Source: Hypanus sabinus (taxonomy: Eukaryota). From it: 64,000 nt of DNA. Below are positions 24,427 through 37,469 of the stretch, one piece after another. Positions within the stretch are counted from its first letter, which is position 1, and each line of letters begins with the position of its first letter. The notes beneath the pieces are model-generated. The model was not told where the DNA came from, did not search any database, and saw nothing but the letters and a program-made list of their open reading frames with translations. The position numbers were made by a program, and so were the translations under genes. The stretch is from positions 47,616,001-47,680,000 of the forward strand of contig NC_082718.1 in NCBI RefSeq assembly GCF_030144855.1, given 5' to 3'.

Positions 24427-25474
24427 ATTGAGACACATCGGGTCCAGTAAATGTCCCAATTAAGTGGTTGCCCCAAATAGCTGAAGTTTCATGGAAATAG
24501 TTAAAAAGGTATTAAAAGACTACTCTTTAACTGAGTAACAAATTATGTATTTAAATGAAATGCAGAATAAATTAGAACACTACCATTACTACCGGTGGTC
24601 ATCTGCCATATCCGATGATGATAGGAAAGCTGTGCAGGAGAGCTTTTAAAGTGGAAAAGCCATTGCACAGGGTACTTCCACTATCTCGATTTCAGAAGTC
24701 CAGATCCAGTGGTATGAGTAGATGTCAGGACTGGGGTCTTCCCTGGTTGCAGTGGATGACATGAATTTTTTTTGAGCCTTGTCTTGCCCTTCACTCTCCA
24801 TGTAGCATTGCAGAACTGCCTTCTTGGTTATCAGCCCGATATTTTCCAGACTTGACTTTACATGCTAGGACAGTCATGTTGCTGTCTTATCAGGGTATGA
24901 GACCTGCTGGCTACCCTCACCTGGGTTAGCCAACTGCTGAAGCGATATACCAGGGTATGGATGCCGAAGCATGCAAACAGCTACTTGGAGCCACAGGTGA
25001 CAGCTGAGTGTCTGCTGGGGACCAAAAGTTACATTTAAGTTGATTGTTGATACCTTTAAATTCTTCATAGTGCTGAACTTGTTGAAGTAGTTAAATCATT
25101 TCATTTTTACTCCTGGCCATTTCGAGATTCTGCAAGTCTGAATACTTGAAATCGCAGTGAGAAGACAGTTCTAAACTGTCTTACTGTTTATTTCTTGCTG
25201 ACTCTCAGTGACAAAAATCATTGCTTTGTGAACACAAACACGTGCGACTGATGCTATTTAAAAACTGTTCACTCTATAAACATGGTGTAGAGTCTACTGG
25301 CCACACAAGCCCATGTGACTGATGTTAGTTAGAAACTGTTTGGCAACAGTTTCCTGTCCCAATTAAGAAGCATGTTGTCTCAAATAAGTGAAGGGAATCC
25401 TGACTGTTTTGTCAGTTTTTGTTCTCTAAGATTTGTCCCAAATAAGTGGCTGCCCTATAAACCAGAATCCACTG
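24427..25474. mobile_element. Non-autonomous pogo/Tigger-like DNA element with an internal repeat insert (~24590-25030)
   Basis: Right end AACCAGAATCCACTG-TA. The subterminal motif TGTCCCAA(T/A)TAAG recurs at 24454, 25355 and 25434. The left TIR lies in the gap. Confidence 0.55.
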
Positions 25475-26194
25475 TACTGTACATAAATATATATGCTGTA
25501 TATGTGTACAGACAGTTTTAAAAAACTTTGGAACTGTCTTCGCAGAATATCCACTTGAAATTCTCCTAGCTCCAAAACACTGGAGTGTTTGTTGTATAGG
25601 ATTCATTTTGCACATTATGTTCTATTTTGACTGAGAAGTAAATGGATTTTCTTTATATTTGATCCATTTTACAGCACAGCATCCATGGACTCATAAAAAT
25701 CTTTAAGAATTTGCCCTGTAATAACTGCACCTGTACTGTATATTAACTTCAGGCTTTAGAGCTGGATCTTGCTCAATTGCTGTATTCCCCATGGCCATGA
25801 CAACCCTCTGTGGCCATACACTTCCTTGCAGCTGTGAACACCTCTGTACCACAGCTGGCCAAGGAATCAGACCTCCCAGTGGCGCATCCTGAGACCCATC
25901 AGTGCCCTGACACCATTTGGCAGCTCATGTTCAAGCTTGTTTGCTTTTCCTTGATTCTGACAAACATTTGAAAAGGATTCAAATCATTAAAATATTAAAA
26001 TTTATTAAGTATCACCTCTGATGTAGGTGAAATTTATTTTAGAATGAAAAAAGGATAGTGGAACTGCTTCTGCACTTCCCTCACAGATCTCGATCACTGA
26101 AACTCTTAGGCTGGACTCTCTTGCCTCTCTCACACTGACATTAGAGAGACACAGGTTAGTCAGAAAGAACCAATCAGCAAGTGGAGAATTTTCT

Positions 26195-26889
26195 ATGACG
26201 CTTTGCCACCTGTAACCCTTCCACATGGAAGGAGTATCTGCTCTGGGCTGAGCTGTCCTACAATCTCTACACCTTCTCTGCCACCCTTTTGAAGTGCTTC
26301 ATGGCTGCTGACCCACGTTGTTCCCAGCAGAGGAGATCCTCCTTTCTGGTGCTCTAGTTCGCCAGTGCTGGAATGTTTGGAAGAGGGCATGGAAGGCCAT
26401 CGAGACACCAATGACGCTTACTGTCGTGAGGCCAACCCCAGGCAGAGCTCAGACAGACTGCTCCGGCCTGGGGACAATGTCTGGCTATCTGCCCTAACTG
26501 TCACACGACCTCATTCCAGTTCATTGGTCCCTTCAAGATTATCAGTCACATCAATCCAGTCATTTAATATCTCCAGCTGCCAGTGTCCCTCAGTATCGCA
26601 TATACTTTCCATGTGTCCTTTCCCAAGCCCCAAGTCCAAGAAGCACTAAACCCACCCGAGCCTGCACCTCCAGAATATAGGATAGTGGAAACTGGTCCAG
26701 TGTCGATCATTCACCTGTTGATTGATTCATGTCATCGTGGACAGAATGTGTATCACCTGGTTGACTGTGAAGGGCACGGCCTGGAGTTCAGTTTCATCAT
26801 GAATCCATCACTCATCATCAAAGGATCCATCCAGATCACCATGGGCCATTGGGTACTGGCCACAGGAGGTGGAGGGGGGGGGCAGTTTC
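26195..26889 (+). mobile_element. Gypsy chromovirus (sushi-like) integrase C-terminus, chromodomain and PPT, degenerate
   Basis: NPSTWKEYLLWAELSYN, TFHVSFPKP and the chromodomain remnant IIHLLIDSCHRGQNVYHLVDCEGHG. Polypurine tract at 26864-26882. Confidence 0.85.
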
Positions 26890-27212
26890 TGTCAGTCCTG
26901 CACAAGCAGGGACCTTCCAGTCTCTACCCAGCTAACATGAATTACCTGCCGTTCATTTCCAACTCATCACCTGCAACCAATTTAAACCCAGCTCTCATCC
27001 CCAGCCCTTTTTCACTCATCAAACCAGCCAGCCTCTAGCAGTTTCTCCTAGACTTCAGTTACCTTGTTGCCTGTGGTGCTTAGTGTCTGTTCTTTGTTTT
27101 GAAGCCCCTTGTGGCTTGTTATTTTTGTAGTCTGTTACTAAATTTATCATTCATTGCCAAATTATCTCCACTACTTTGCTTTTGGGTAGAGTATCCTCTA
27201 CATCTCCTGACA
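26890..27212 (+). mobile_element. 3' LTR of the chromovirus (family B)
   Basis: TGTCAG...CTGACA termini just downstream of the PPT. Homologous to 39024-39349. Confidence 0.9.
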
Positions 27213-27801
27213 GAAAAAGTAGAATGACATCCAGTGTAAATTTGATTCTCAAAGTTTTTATCCCAACTGCCATGTTCCAAGACCTTCTCCTTCTAAACAT
27301 TCTTCCTCCATTAACTTTGGCACCATAGTCCCAAAAATATACTGGACACATATAATGTTTACAGTATTATAGGAATTATAATATTGAACATAATTTGGAG
27401 GCCTGGACCATAGCTTAGAGAGCATATGTTCTAATCCCACCATGGACTTGTGAAGTAGAATTATTTTAAAAATATTATCTGGGAAAGCAATGCAAAAAAA
27501 GCAGTCAGAAGGTTGAGGGATTGTCGTGAAATATCTACTGATAGATTTGTTTTTAATTTCAGGCAAGCACACCCACCCATAAAGCTTGTCTGGTCTTCTT
27601 TGTATCCTACTCCAGTACCCTCTATCTTAATCATACTCTGCAACTACTGAGTCCAAGATCCATGATCAGCACCTTCCGTGGGTGACCAGTTACTGCCCAT
27701 GTTGAGATAGGAAAAATGAAGTCCTATCACGTATTTTTGGAGGCCAAGAAATATCTGCTTCAATTAATCTACTCAGTGAAATCCATTCTATTCTTTTGCA
27801 G

Positions 27802-27915
27802 GTTATTGGAATGAGAGGGTAAAAAGGATGACAAAGACTTCAGTGACGCAACCTGATGATCCTGGGGCTCAGGAAACATCATATCCTATGTTACCCATTG
27901 TGACATTTCAACCAG
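27802..27915 (+). other. Candidate 114-nt exon
   Basis: TTCTATTCTTTTGCAG acceptor, CAG|GTGGGT donor, open phase-1 frame YWNERVKRMTKTSVTQPDDPGAQETSYPMLPIVTFQP. Confidence 0.4.
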
Positions 27916-29756
27916 GTGGGTATCTACCCTGTCTTGAGTTTGCTGGTTTTCTTTAACGAATCCTGACTTTATATCCAGTATCTTTCACCTTTAAGGATGA
28001 GGCTATGCTCAATTGTTAAAATGTATAGACCATTAAAATGTGAAGAGCTGTCACTGTTTTTTTTTAATCAGAAGGACAAAAACAAAAGTCCAAGATAAAC
28101 TGAATTCTAGATCCTCTGATATTTATCTGCATTCTTTGGGATCTTGAATAAAGAATAGAGTATCTTCTTCTTTAATATGAATTCTTAGCTTTGATTTCCT
28201 TTCTTCATTCCTGTTAGAAATTCAATCCCTTGCTCATAATTTGGCTTCTCTGCTTGACAGTCCTCAGTGACTGGAGATTATTCTCAGGTTACAATGATGA
28301 GAATTGTTTGCACTGTTTCACCTGGGTCGGCAGCAGCACTCAGTTCAAACTAAGAAGCACCTCAGTGCTGATTTCAGAAATCTAAGATCTTGTTTAGAAC
28401 TGAAAGTGCACATATTGCTGTTGGCTTCAGTGAGAGACAATATCTGCCAGCACCCCCAGATTCTCTCATTTGCCAGTTGTTGTTTTTCTTTTGTCTTCAA
28501 TATTCCCTAATGCCCTACAATGCACTGTGTATAACCTGACCTTGTTGCTCCTCCCACAATACATGACTTGTTATCAGGACTGGTTTCTACCATCTGCTGT
28601 TCTGACTAATTTACCAATTTATCAATATCATAGCATAACTCTACCTGATTAATATCAACATTACCAATTTTCATGTAATCTGCAGCCTTAGTAACCTCCT
28701 ACATTCGCCTCCAAATTGTTAGTAAATACTATAAACTGTAGGAGTCCTAGCAGTCTAATGATGGTTGCTTTATGTGATCTGTAGACAATAACTATCTATA
28801 CTACTGTCTGTTGTCTGTAGATCATAAAAGTTCCCAACATAATCATCTGCTTCCTATTAAAAAGTCAATTCTGGATCTAATTTGCCAATTTTCTGTGGAT
28901 TCCAAGAGCTTTAACCTTTTGAGCCAGTCCTCCTTGTGGGACCTGTTCAAAGCCTTACTATGGTCTATGTGGGACATATTAATCACACTGATTTCATCAA
29001 TACATTGTGCTACCGCTTTGAAAAATACATTTAAACCTAAGCTATTTTTGATACATCGCCACCTTTAGTCTGGCTTGTCAGCAATATTTTGTGACCTCTC
29101 TTTTTCCATCATAATTCTTTAACCCCCTGCATGTTCTGTAAGGCATCTCTTAATTTTCTGGTCTTCATACCTACTACATGCTTAATATGTTTTCTTTATC
29201 TAATCCTCAATATCTTTTCACACCCAGTATTCCACAGGCTTGTTGTCCTTCCCTTTCATCATTCCAGGAACACATTCACCCTGAAATCTCACTATTTTGC
29301 TTTTAAATATTTCGGGTGTACACACACCTGAAAGCCACTGCTCCCTGTCTACTTATGTCAGGTCCTGGTTTAAAAAAATGAAATCAGGCTTCCCACTTCC
29401 AGGCCCTTTATTTCCATTCTAAGTTTATCCTTTCCTGTAAGGATAAAGCTCAACTGGAAATTAAGGATTTATGGAGATATTATCACTTTCTCACTGACAC
29501 TCCAGCCACTTTCATGGCTATGTTCAGAATGATGAAGTCCAACACTCTCCTTCTCTCATAGTACAATCCTCAGAATGGTTCATGAAATCTTCATGGATGT
29601 CCTTCAAAGATTCCACCCCACTAAGTCTTTTATGCAGGGACAAATGTAGTACTACAGCCTTAATATTCTTCCAGATCTGTGATTTTTTTTTTCATCTCTG
29701 TTCCTCTACCTCTGAGTCACTGTTAGAGGACCTGCACACACCCAGAAAAGTAATTA

Positions 29757-32700
29757 CAGGTTAAGTACCCCTTATCCAAAATGCTTATCCAAAAAGTATT
29801 TTGGATTTTGGATATTTTTGGATTTTAGAATATATGAGATAGCTTGGGATTGCAATCATTTCCAACTCTGAATTAATGTGCTATCAGTAAGCAGTCTTTG
29901 TCTTAAACTTGTTCATCACTTAACAGTAAAAATATAATATGTGCAGGTTAACAAAAGCAGCTCAGCAGCATCGGGAGAATACCTGAATCAGCTGTTGAAG
30001 GGAAACAAACAATGGCAGGCTTTCAGTCTCCACCTATGAAGTGTTTTGATGAAAAGGTACCCTATATTTGTATTTTACTTTGTTTTCATACCTTAAAACC
30101 CCAAAAAAATTAGCATCATCGACTTGTCTGATGCTAGATTTTCATGATCAGAAGACACTTTAAAAATTTAATGCTGTGCCTTTTAGAGTCATAGAGAAAT
30201 ACAGCTCAGAAACAGGCCCTTCAGCCTACTTAGTCCATGCCGAAAGCATTTAAACTACCTACTTCTATTCAACCTGCACCAGGACCGTAGCCCTCCATAC
30301 CACTACGATCTATGTATCTATCCAAACTTCACTTAAATGGTGAGATCAAGCTCACGTGCACCACTGGTGCTGGCAGCTCACTCCACACTGTCACGGCCCT
30401 TTGAGTGAAGAAGTTTCCCCTCATGTTGCCCTTAAACTTTTCAACTTTCTCTCTTAACACATGATCTTTGGTTGTAGTCTCACCTACCTCACTGGTAAAA
30501 GCCTGCTTGCACTTACCCTGTCTGTACTCTTCATAATGTTGTATATGTCTGTCAAATTTCCTCTGAACCTTATATGATCTAAGGAATAAAGTCTGAACCG
30601 ATTTCATGTTTCCTTATAAATCAGGTCCTTCAGCCTCACCAACATCCTTGTAGATTAAATCTGTACTCTTTGAATCTTATTTACATCTCTCCTGTAGGTA
30701 GGTGAACAAAACTGCACAAAATACTCCAAACCAGGCCTCACCAACATCTTATACAACTTCAATATAACATCACATCTCCATCCTCAATACATTGATTTAT
30801 GAAGGGCAATGTGGCAAAAGCTTTCTTTTCATCCTGATCTACCTGTGATGCCACTTTCTATGAATTATGGATCTATCGTCCCAGATCACTTTGTTCCACC
30901 ATACTCTGCTGTGCCCTACCACTCACTCTGTAAGACCTACCCTGACTGGTCCTACTGAAGTGCAGCACCTCACACTTGTCTGCGTTAAATTCCATCTGCC
31001 ATTTTTCAGCTGCTGTGAATCCCTCTGCAAACCATGATAATCTTCCTCACTGTCCACTACACTCCCAATCTTGGTGTCATCCACAAATTTGCTAAACTAG
31101 TTAACGACATTATCATCCAGATTATTAATAGACAATAGGTGCAGAAGTAGACCATTTGGCTATTCAAGCCTGTACTGCCATTCTGAGATCATGGCTGATC
31201 ATCTACTATCAATACCCAGTTCCTGCCTTGTCCCCATATCCCTTGATTCCCCTATCCATAAGATACCTATCTAGCTCCTTCTTGAAAGCATCCAGAGAAT
31301 TGGCCTCCACTACCTTCCGAGTGAGGGAATTCCAGACTCCCACAACTCTCTGGGAGAAGAAGTTTTTCCTTAACTCTGTCCTAAATGATGACAAACAACA
31401 ATGGACCCAGCAACATTCCTGCAGCACACCTCACTAGTCACAGTCCTCCAGTCAGGGAGGCAACTATCTACTACCACCAATTGCCTTACTAAAGTCCATA
31501 TAGACAACATCCACTACCTTGCCCTCATTCAATTTCCTGGTAACTTCCTCGAAAGGCTCTATAAGATTGGTTAGATATAACCTACCACGCATGAAGGCAT
31601 GTTCACTATCCTTAATCAGTGCTCAACTATCCAAATACTTATATATCCGGACCTTTAGCATACCTTACAATGACTTTCACACAACAGATGTCAAACTCAC
31701 TGGCCTGTAAGTTTCTGGTTTATGTTTAGTGCCTTTCTTAAACAGCAGAACAACATTAGCTATCCTCCAATCCTGTGGAATCACTCCTGTTGTGAATGGT
31801 GATTTGAATATGTCTGTTTGGATCCTGGCAATTTCTGCACTTCCCTCCCACAGGGTCCGAGGAAAGACCTTGTTAGATGCTGGGGATTTATCCTCCCTGA
31901 TTTGCCTCAGGATAGCAAACACCTCCTCCTCTGTAATCTGTACAGGGTGCTGTTTTGCCTCACTTCTATCGACTCAGTGTCTGTCTCCTGAGTAACCACA
32001 GATGCAAAAAACACATTTAAGATCTCCCTCATCTCTTGTGGCTCCATACATAGATTACCATTCTGATCTTCCAGAGGAACAGTTTTGTCCCTTGCAATCC
32101 TTTTCTCTTCTCATATCTGTAGAATCCCTTAGGTGTCTCCTTCACCTTGTCTGCTAGAGCAACTTTATGCCTGCTTTTAGCTCTCCTGATTTATTTCTTA
32201 AGTGCTCTCTTGCATTCTTATACTCTATCCTACTGACTATACCTGCTATGCACCTCCTTTATACTCTTAACCAGGGCTTCAATATCTTTTGAAAACCAAC
32301 ACACTTAAAAGCTTAGCATTCTCAAAATTTTGCTCTTGAAGGCCTCCCAATACCAAGAACATTTTTGACAAAAAACAAGCTGTCCGAATGCCCACTTGCC
32401 AAATAATTTCTGATACCGTAAAAAAAAGGCCTATCTCCAATTTCCTCAAATTTTCTTAAATTTCTGTAACCTGCTCACTGTATATTCACAATTATCTTCA
32501 ATTTTTCAGTTTGACGTGATAGAACTTTGCTTGTTTTATGATCAGCCTAGGGAATTTGTTCACTCAGACTCTGATGATACACGATTTGGGGCTTCATTCT
32601 TTGCTTTGTTTAGTACTTTTGTACCTTTAATTAATGCCTGTTTATAACATTTGTGAAGCCACTTTTCAGAACTGCCTGTGGTGCACAGAGAACTGCACAT

Positions 32701-32817
32701 TGCTTAGGAACCTTCTTGTGGAAATTTTCATTTGTGATGTCATGTCAGCACTCAGAAAATATTCAGATTTCAGATGTTTCTGGATTTTGGAATTTTAGAA
32801 AAGGGATTCTCAACCCA
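29757..32817. mobile_element. Tigger4/Zombi-like non-autonomous DNA transposon interrupted by CR1s
   Basis: TA-CAGGTTAAGTACCCCTTATCCAAAATGCTT at the left end and ...AAGGGATTCTCAACCC at the right end, with (GGATTTT)n-like subterminal repeats at both ends. Confidence 0.75.
30185..32450 (-). mobile_element. CR1 LINE fragment (RT to 3' end) containing a nested CR1 3' end at 31131-31385
   Basis: Minus ORFs PQDWRIANVVLLFKKG..YRPVSLTSVV and NFFTQRAVTVWSELP. The nested copy reads NFFSQRVVGVWNSL. Confidence 0.9.
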
Positions 32818-34229
32818 TGCCTTCTTTTTATTATCCACATGGCTTGATAGCCCTCCCTCATTACTGTCAAAATGGACTCCTTAATCAAGATGGGAATGTC
32901 ACCTAATCTTCTACCTTTCAACTTCATTCCTGTAACTCAGGAATGCTGAGTTACCAGCCCTGTCCTTCCTCCAGTCATAGCACTTTAAATCATGTGATAG
33001 CAAATATATCATATTCCCATCTGCTCAGTTCACCTGCCTTATTAATCGAAGACCTTGTAGGCTTTCCTTCTATTTTCCTTATTGTGACTGTTTCTGCTCT
33101 CACTACTTCCTCAGGTATTTGACTGCACTTCTCCCGCCTCCCCACCGAACAGCTCCACATCCACTCTGCTCCTCACTCTCCTGCAAATTAGTTTTAACTC
33201 TCCCTAACTTCAGTAGTACACCTCCCCATAAGGGTGTTGGGCATCTTCCATTTCTCAACTTTTTGTAAGTTTTCTAAAGCAAGCAATGACCTTTTCAAAG
33301 TTTTCCCATTACATTGTACAAATATCACCATTTCAAATGTATTGATAGCTTTGCTTGGTGCAATTTGGTCTTGGGAAGTTTAGCTACTGTGCCCAGCAAC
33401 TTCGTGCTCAAATAATTCCCACCAGATCATAGTCTAATTATGTTCTTGAGGCCAATTACAGGCTATTTATCCTTGCTGTTGGAATATTAACCAGATTGAC
33501 AAGTGCATTGTTCTTCCTCCTTGGGAAAAAGCTAAATTAATTTTGGAGATCAGGGATAGCTTCAGAAGATTAATGATTTCCCATTTTTATTTTGAATTTT
33601 TAAAATTATTTTACATTTTTCAGTTTGCTGTCTTGTGCAGAATGTGATACTTGGTGTGTGTCAGCTTCTCGCAGCATCGTTCTGTACATAAAAGTGAATG
33701 TTTCTATTTCAGGCTGCATATGAACCACTCAAGTCACTTCTCTCAGCTCATTAAATCAGCTGACAGGTTTAAAATCCTAGGATTTATTGGATAGGAATTT
33801 ACTGTGCTTTATATTTATGTAAAGGCAAAGATACAGCAGGTACACATGGAGGAATTTCCAGCTATATATGTGAAATGCAATGATAAATAATTACAAAAAG
33901 ATTAACATCCTTCAATTAAATTGAAAAAAAATCAGGTTTAATTAGGCAAAACTCTTTGAATGAATGAAACAGGAAAGGAAAGCAAAAGTGAACATCATCA
34001 AATGCTGAAAGCAACAGATTTTGACAAGCTTTCCTGGAGAGATTATAGATGAGCACATCTCCTTATATAAAGGACCATCCACCCACTGTATAAATCTTGC
34101 CAATTCTAATTTCATTTCAGTATTCTGCATTTTTGTATTTCTTATGTTTATTTCTGTAGGTTTGGAAGAGCATGGTCTCAGCTGAGGAGAAAGGGGAAAA
34201 CAACAAATGCTAGAAGTATGAAACTATAA

Positions 34230-35660
34230 TAAAGAATGTTAGTAAAGAAAATGTATGGCATCTTGCCCTGGTAACCTTGAGGTTCTTTCGGCAGCGTAAG
34301 TCGAGGGAACACAATCTCTGGCCCCGCCAAACGTGTGAGATTGAGGTGCAAGCTCACCTGAAACCCCCTGTTTGTGTGGATGCTGAGTGATTTGTTACCC
34401 TGTTATAAATCAGCACCACGAAATAACAGACAGTACACCGCATACAATTAAACAATTTAGCTTTATAATTCTTAATTTGACTATAGGGTTAGTAAAGGAA
34501 AAGGAAAAAAATCTAATCTGCACAAGTTGGAGCTCACGGCTTCCCTCCATCAATTTCCCCGGGCTTCTTTGACTCCTGGCCCCACTCCTACGACCCCTCC
34601 TCTCCAGTGTCTTCTCTCTCCATCTCCCGCTGAACAAAAGACGCAGATCACCTCGGTATCAGGCACACAGCACGAAAACAGACTCCCGTCATTGGACAGC
34701 TCACATTCCAAAGCATCCATTATCTCTAACCATAACCCCATAACCCGAACACTGCTTCTACAGAAAGACCATTACATTAGCAGTGTAACCTTTCCGAGGG
34801 GTGCTGAGTGTAAGAACTCATGCTGTATTTGCATGAGACTTTAACCAGACTGCACTTGGAGTATTTTGTGCAGTTTTGGTTGCCCCATTATAGAAAGGAC
34901 GTGGAGAATCAGAATCAAAATCAGAAATCAGGTTTATTATCACCAACATGTGTCGGGAAATTTGTTGACTTAGCAGCAGCAGTTCAATGCAATACATAAT
35001 ATAGAAAAGGAAAAAAGTAATAATAAATAGAGATATAAGTATATCAATTACAATATACGTATATTGAATAGATTAAAAAAATGTGCAAAAACAGAATTAA
35101 TATTTATTAAAAAAGTGAGTTAGTGTTCATGGGTTTAACGTCCATTTAGGAATCAGATGGCAGAGGGTTGGAAGCTGTACCTGAATGTAGAAATGGTGCA
35201 GAAGAGATGTATCAGGATGCTGTCTGGGTTAGAGGAAAGTCTAGACAAACTTTGGTATTATCCCTAGAGTGTCAGAGGCTGAGGGAAGGCCTGATAAAGT
35301 GTTTTTTTAATTATAAGAGGCATAGATAAGGCAGTCAGAAGTTTCCCCCCAGGGTAGAAATGTCAAACACCAGAGGACATGCTTTTAAATTCCGGAGGGG
35401 GAGAGTGGTTGATCTGAAGGTGACATGAAAAACAAGTTTTTTATGCAGAGTTTGATAGGTAACAGGAATTGGTTCTGGGTTTAATAGTGGAGGCAGGCAG
35501 TTTGGTGGAGTCTAAGAGGCTTTTAGATTGATACATAAGTGAATGGACGGATATGGACGATACACAGGACAAGGACATTTAGTATAAATTCGTATCAAAC
35601 TTGACACAACATTGGGGGCTATATGGCCAGTCCTACGCAGAACTATTCTATGTTCGATGT
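34230..35660 (+). mobile_element. CR1 3' fragment carrying the family C LTR-like insert and a Rex1/Babar-type tail (34906-35185, minus)
   Basis: CACTTGGAGTATTTTGTGCAGTTTTGG motif. (AGAATC)n tail at 34906. Confidence 0.7.
34269..34796 (-). mobile_element. LTR-like element, family C
   Basis: Homologous blocks to 1617-2273; interrupts CR1 ORF2. Confidence 0.55.
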
Positions 35661-35827
35661 AAAATGCCAGATATATAGAGGGGAGGTGTGTTTAGGGTGT
35701 TGTGAAACAAAGGTTTAAGTTATGATGAATAACATACAATATCTGATGAGTAAACTTGATTTATTTTCCTTTCAGAGGCAGAAATTGTGCATTCACCATT
35801 GCTCTATTAGCTGTTCCTGAGAATAAC

Positions 35828-35915
35828 AGGAGAAACATTAACCCAATAAATGAATTTCATCCTATACAAGTAGGAGAAACATTAACCCAATAAATTAATT
35901 TTATCCTATACGAGT
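35828..35915 (+). repeat. 44-bp tandem duplication containing AATAAA
   Basis: AGGAGAAACATTAACCCAATAAAT(G/T)AATTT(C/T)ATCCTATAC(A/G)AGT repeated twice. Confidence 0.95.
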
Positions 35916-37469
35916 AACCCTGATATATCTTGAGGGATGTGCAAAGGTGGGAGTTAGTGAGAAATTCTTATTGGACACATAGAAAATGGTCATTCTGGAT
36001 GTCCTACGAAAATGTAGCACAATACATGTCACAGTTTTTTGTCAGCCTGTTGAGGGGGAATTGGTGGGAGGGGTGGTGGTGCTGTATAAATTTGTGGTTT
36101 GGAGGAAGCAATTGTATTTAGGGAAATTTAGGAAGCATAGTCATAGCTGAAATGAATGGATTGTAATTAGGGGAAGATTGATGGTATGATAGCACATAAA
36201 ATATTACAGCACAGAAACAGGGCTTTCAGCCCATGATGTTGTGCCAAGCTAATGAAGCTAATGATGCATAGGTAATGTGATAATGGTGCATATCCATTCC
36301 ACCTGTACCATGTCCCTTCATTCTCTGCATTTTGATGTCCCTACTCGATGAGTCTCTTAACCAACCCTATCATATCTGCCTGCACCACCATCTGTGACAG
36401 CACGTTCAGAGTTGGGGAACAGGCACAGAAGTCAGGGAAGTTTTAACTGTAAGGAGTGCATTGTGAGCTCAGTGTGCTTGAGGAAAGACACTAGGTTCTT
36501 CTGTTCTGCAGACTAGACCACAACGATTGCCTCATGGAACTGGCCCTTTGTGCTTCTCTTGCTGAGACTGAGAAATCTGACAGAATTGAACAAAGGAAAA
36601 CCCATAGGAATAGAGGCAGAAAGCCTCCTTAGAAGTTCACTGATGGAAGCTTAGCCTGGTGGTAGACTGGTTCCCTAATCCCTTTGTCCGTAATTAAACA
36701 AGCCGGAACTGGTTTCAAATTTTTCCTTCTTTTCCCTTCTAACCTCGTCAAAAGTCACGTGTTCAAGGGGTTAACATTTCCACCATAAATCACATTAGTA
36801 TAACTCTACATGGATACTATAAAATTAAAAACAGATTCTCTCTTTGATTTATTGAATCCAATGTGACTGGACAAGACATGTAGAGTGTGAAGGTAGGATG
36901 TTGCTGACTTTTTCTTCAACTTGTGTAGAGTAACCCATTTCTAGAACAGCACAATACATGACGGAGTTGAGGAATGATGAGGCTTCAGGACTGTGGTGCA
37001 GTAGAGGCTCATCCAAAGAATTTGTGAAAGGTCAATCAATCAATCAAGCAATCAAACTATTTCATTCAACACAACATCCCTAGTGACTGACAAGCAGCTT
37101 GTCCAATGTATACCTAGAGATTATCCTTTTGCATTCCTTTTGAAGAGGGTTTTGAATGGTATGTCTACATTGAACTTTATGCCATTTCACCTAGCTGATA
37201 CTTTACAATGTACAACACTATTTAAAGACTCTGTATGAAAGTGAGGACCCATGTTTAAAGTATCAAGTTTATATTAGAGATAGAACACATAATTTTTATG
37301 CAGAAAAAGATCAATTTCACTGTAGAATTTGTTTCACAAAGGAAACTGGCACAAATTGGATGTTACGTTTGGAAGTAATACCCAGAGGTTCTGATTGGAG
37401 TTGTCTGAAATGTGAGTCTGCACCTCATATGAGCTAGTGGTGGTAATCAGGTTTGAATACTGGGAGAAG

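Larger units (their letters stand above)
28490..33230 (-). mobile_element. Very old CR1-like LINE remnant, outer layer of a nested cluster
   Basis: Decayed CR1 ORF2-like sequence on both sides of the Tigger-like insertion (for example GTGGGACCTGTTCAAAGCCTTACT). Confidence 0.5.

Noticed and set aside
24184-24476. ORFs spanning poly-X
   Set aside because: Artefacts of the N gap.
28294-28371. C/D-box snoRNA (ATGATGA...CTGA, ~78 nt)
   Set aside because: No terminal stem and no recognisable rRNA antisense element. These motifs are expected by chance.
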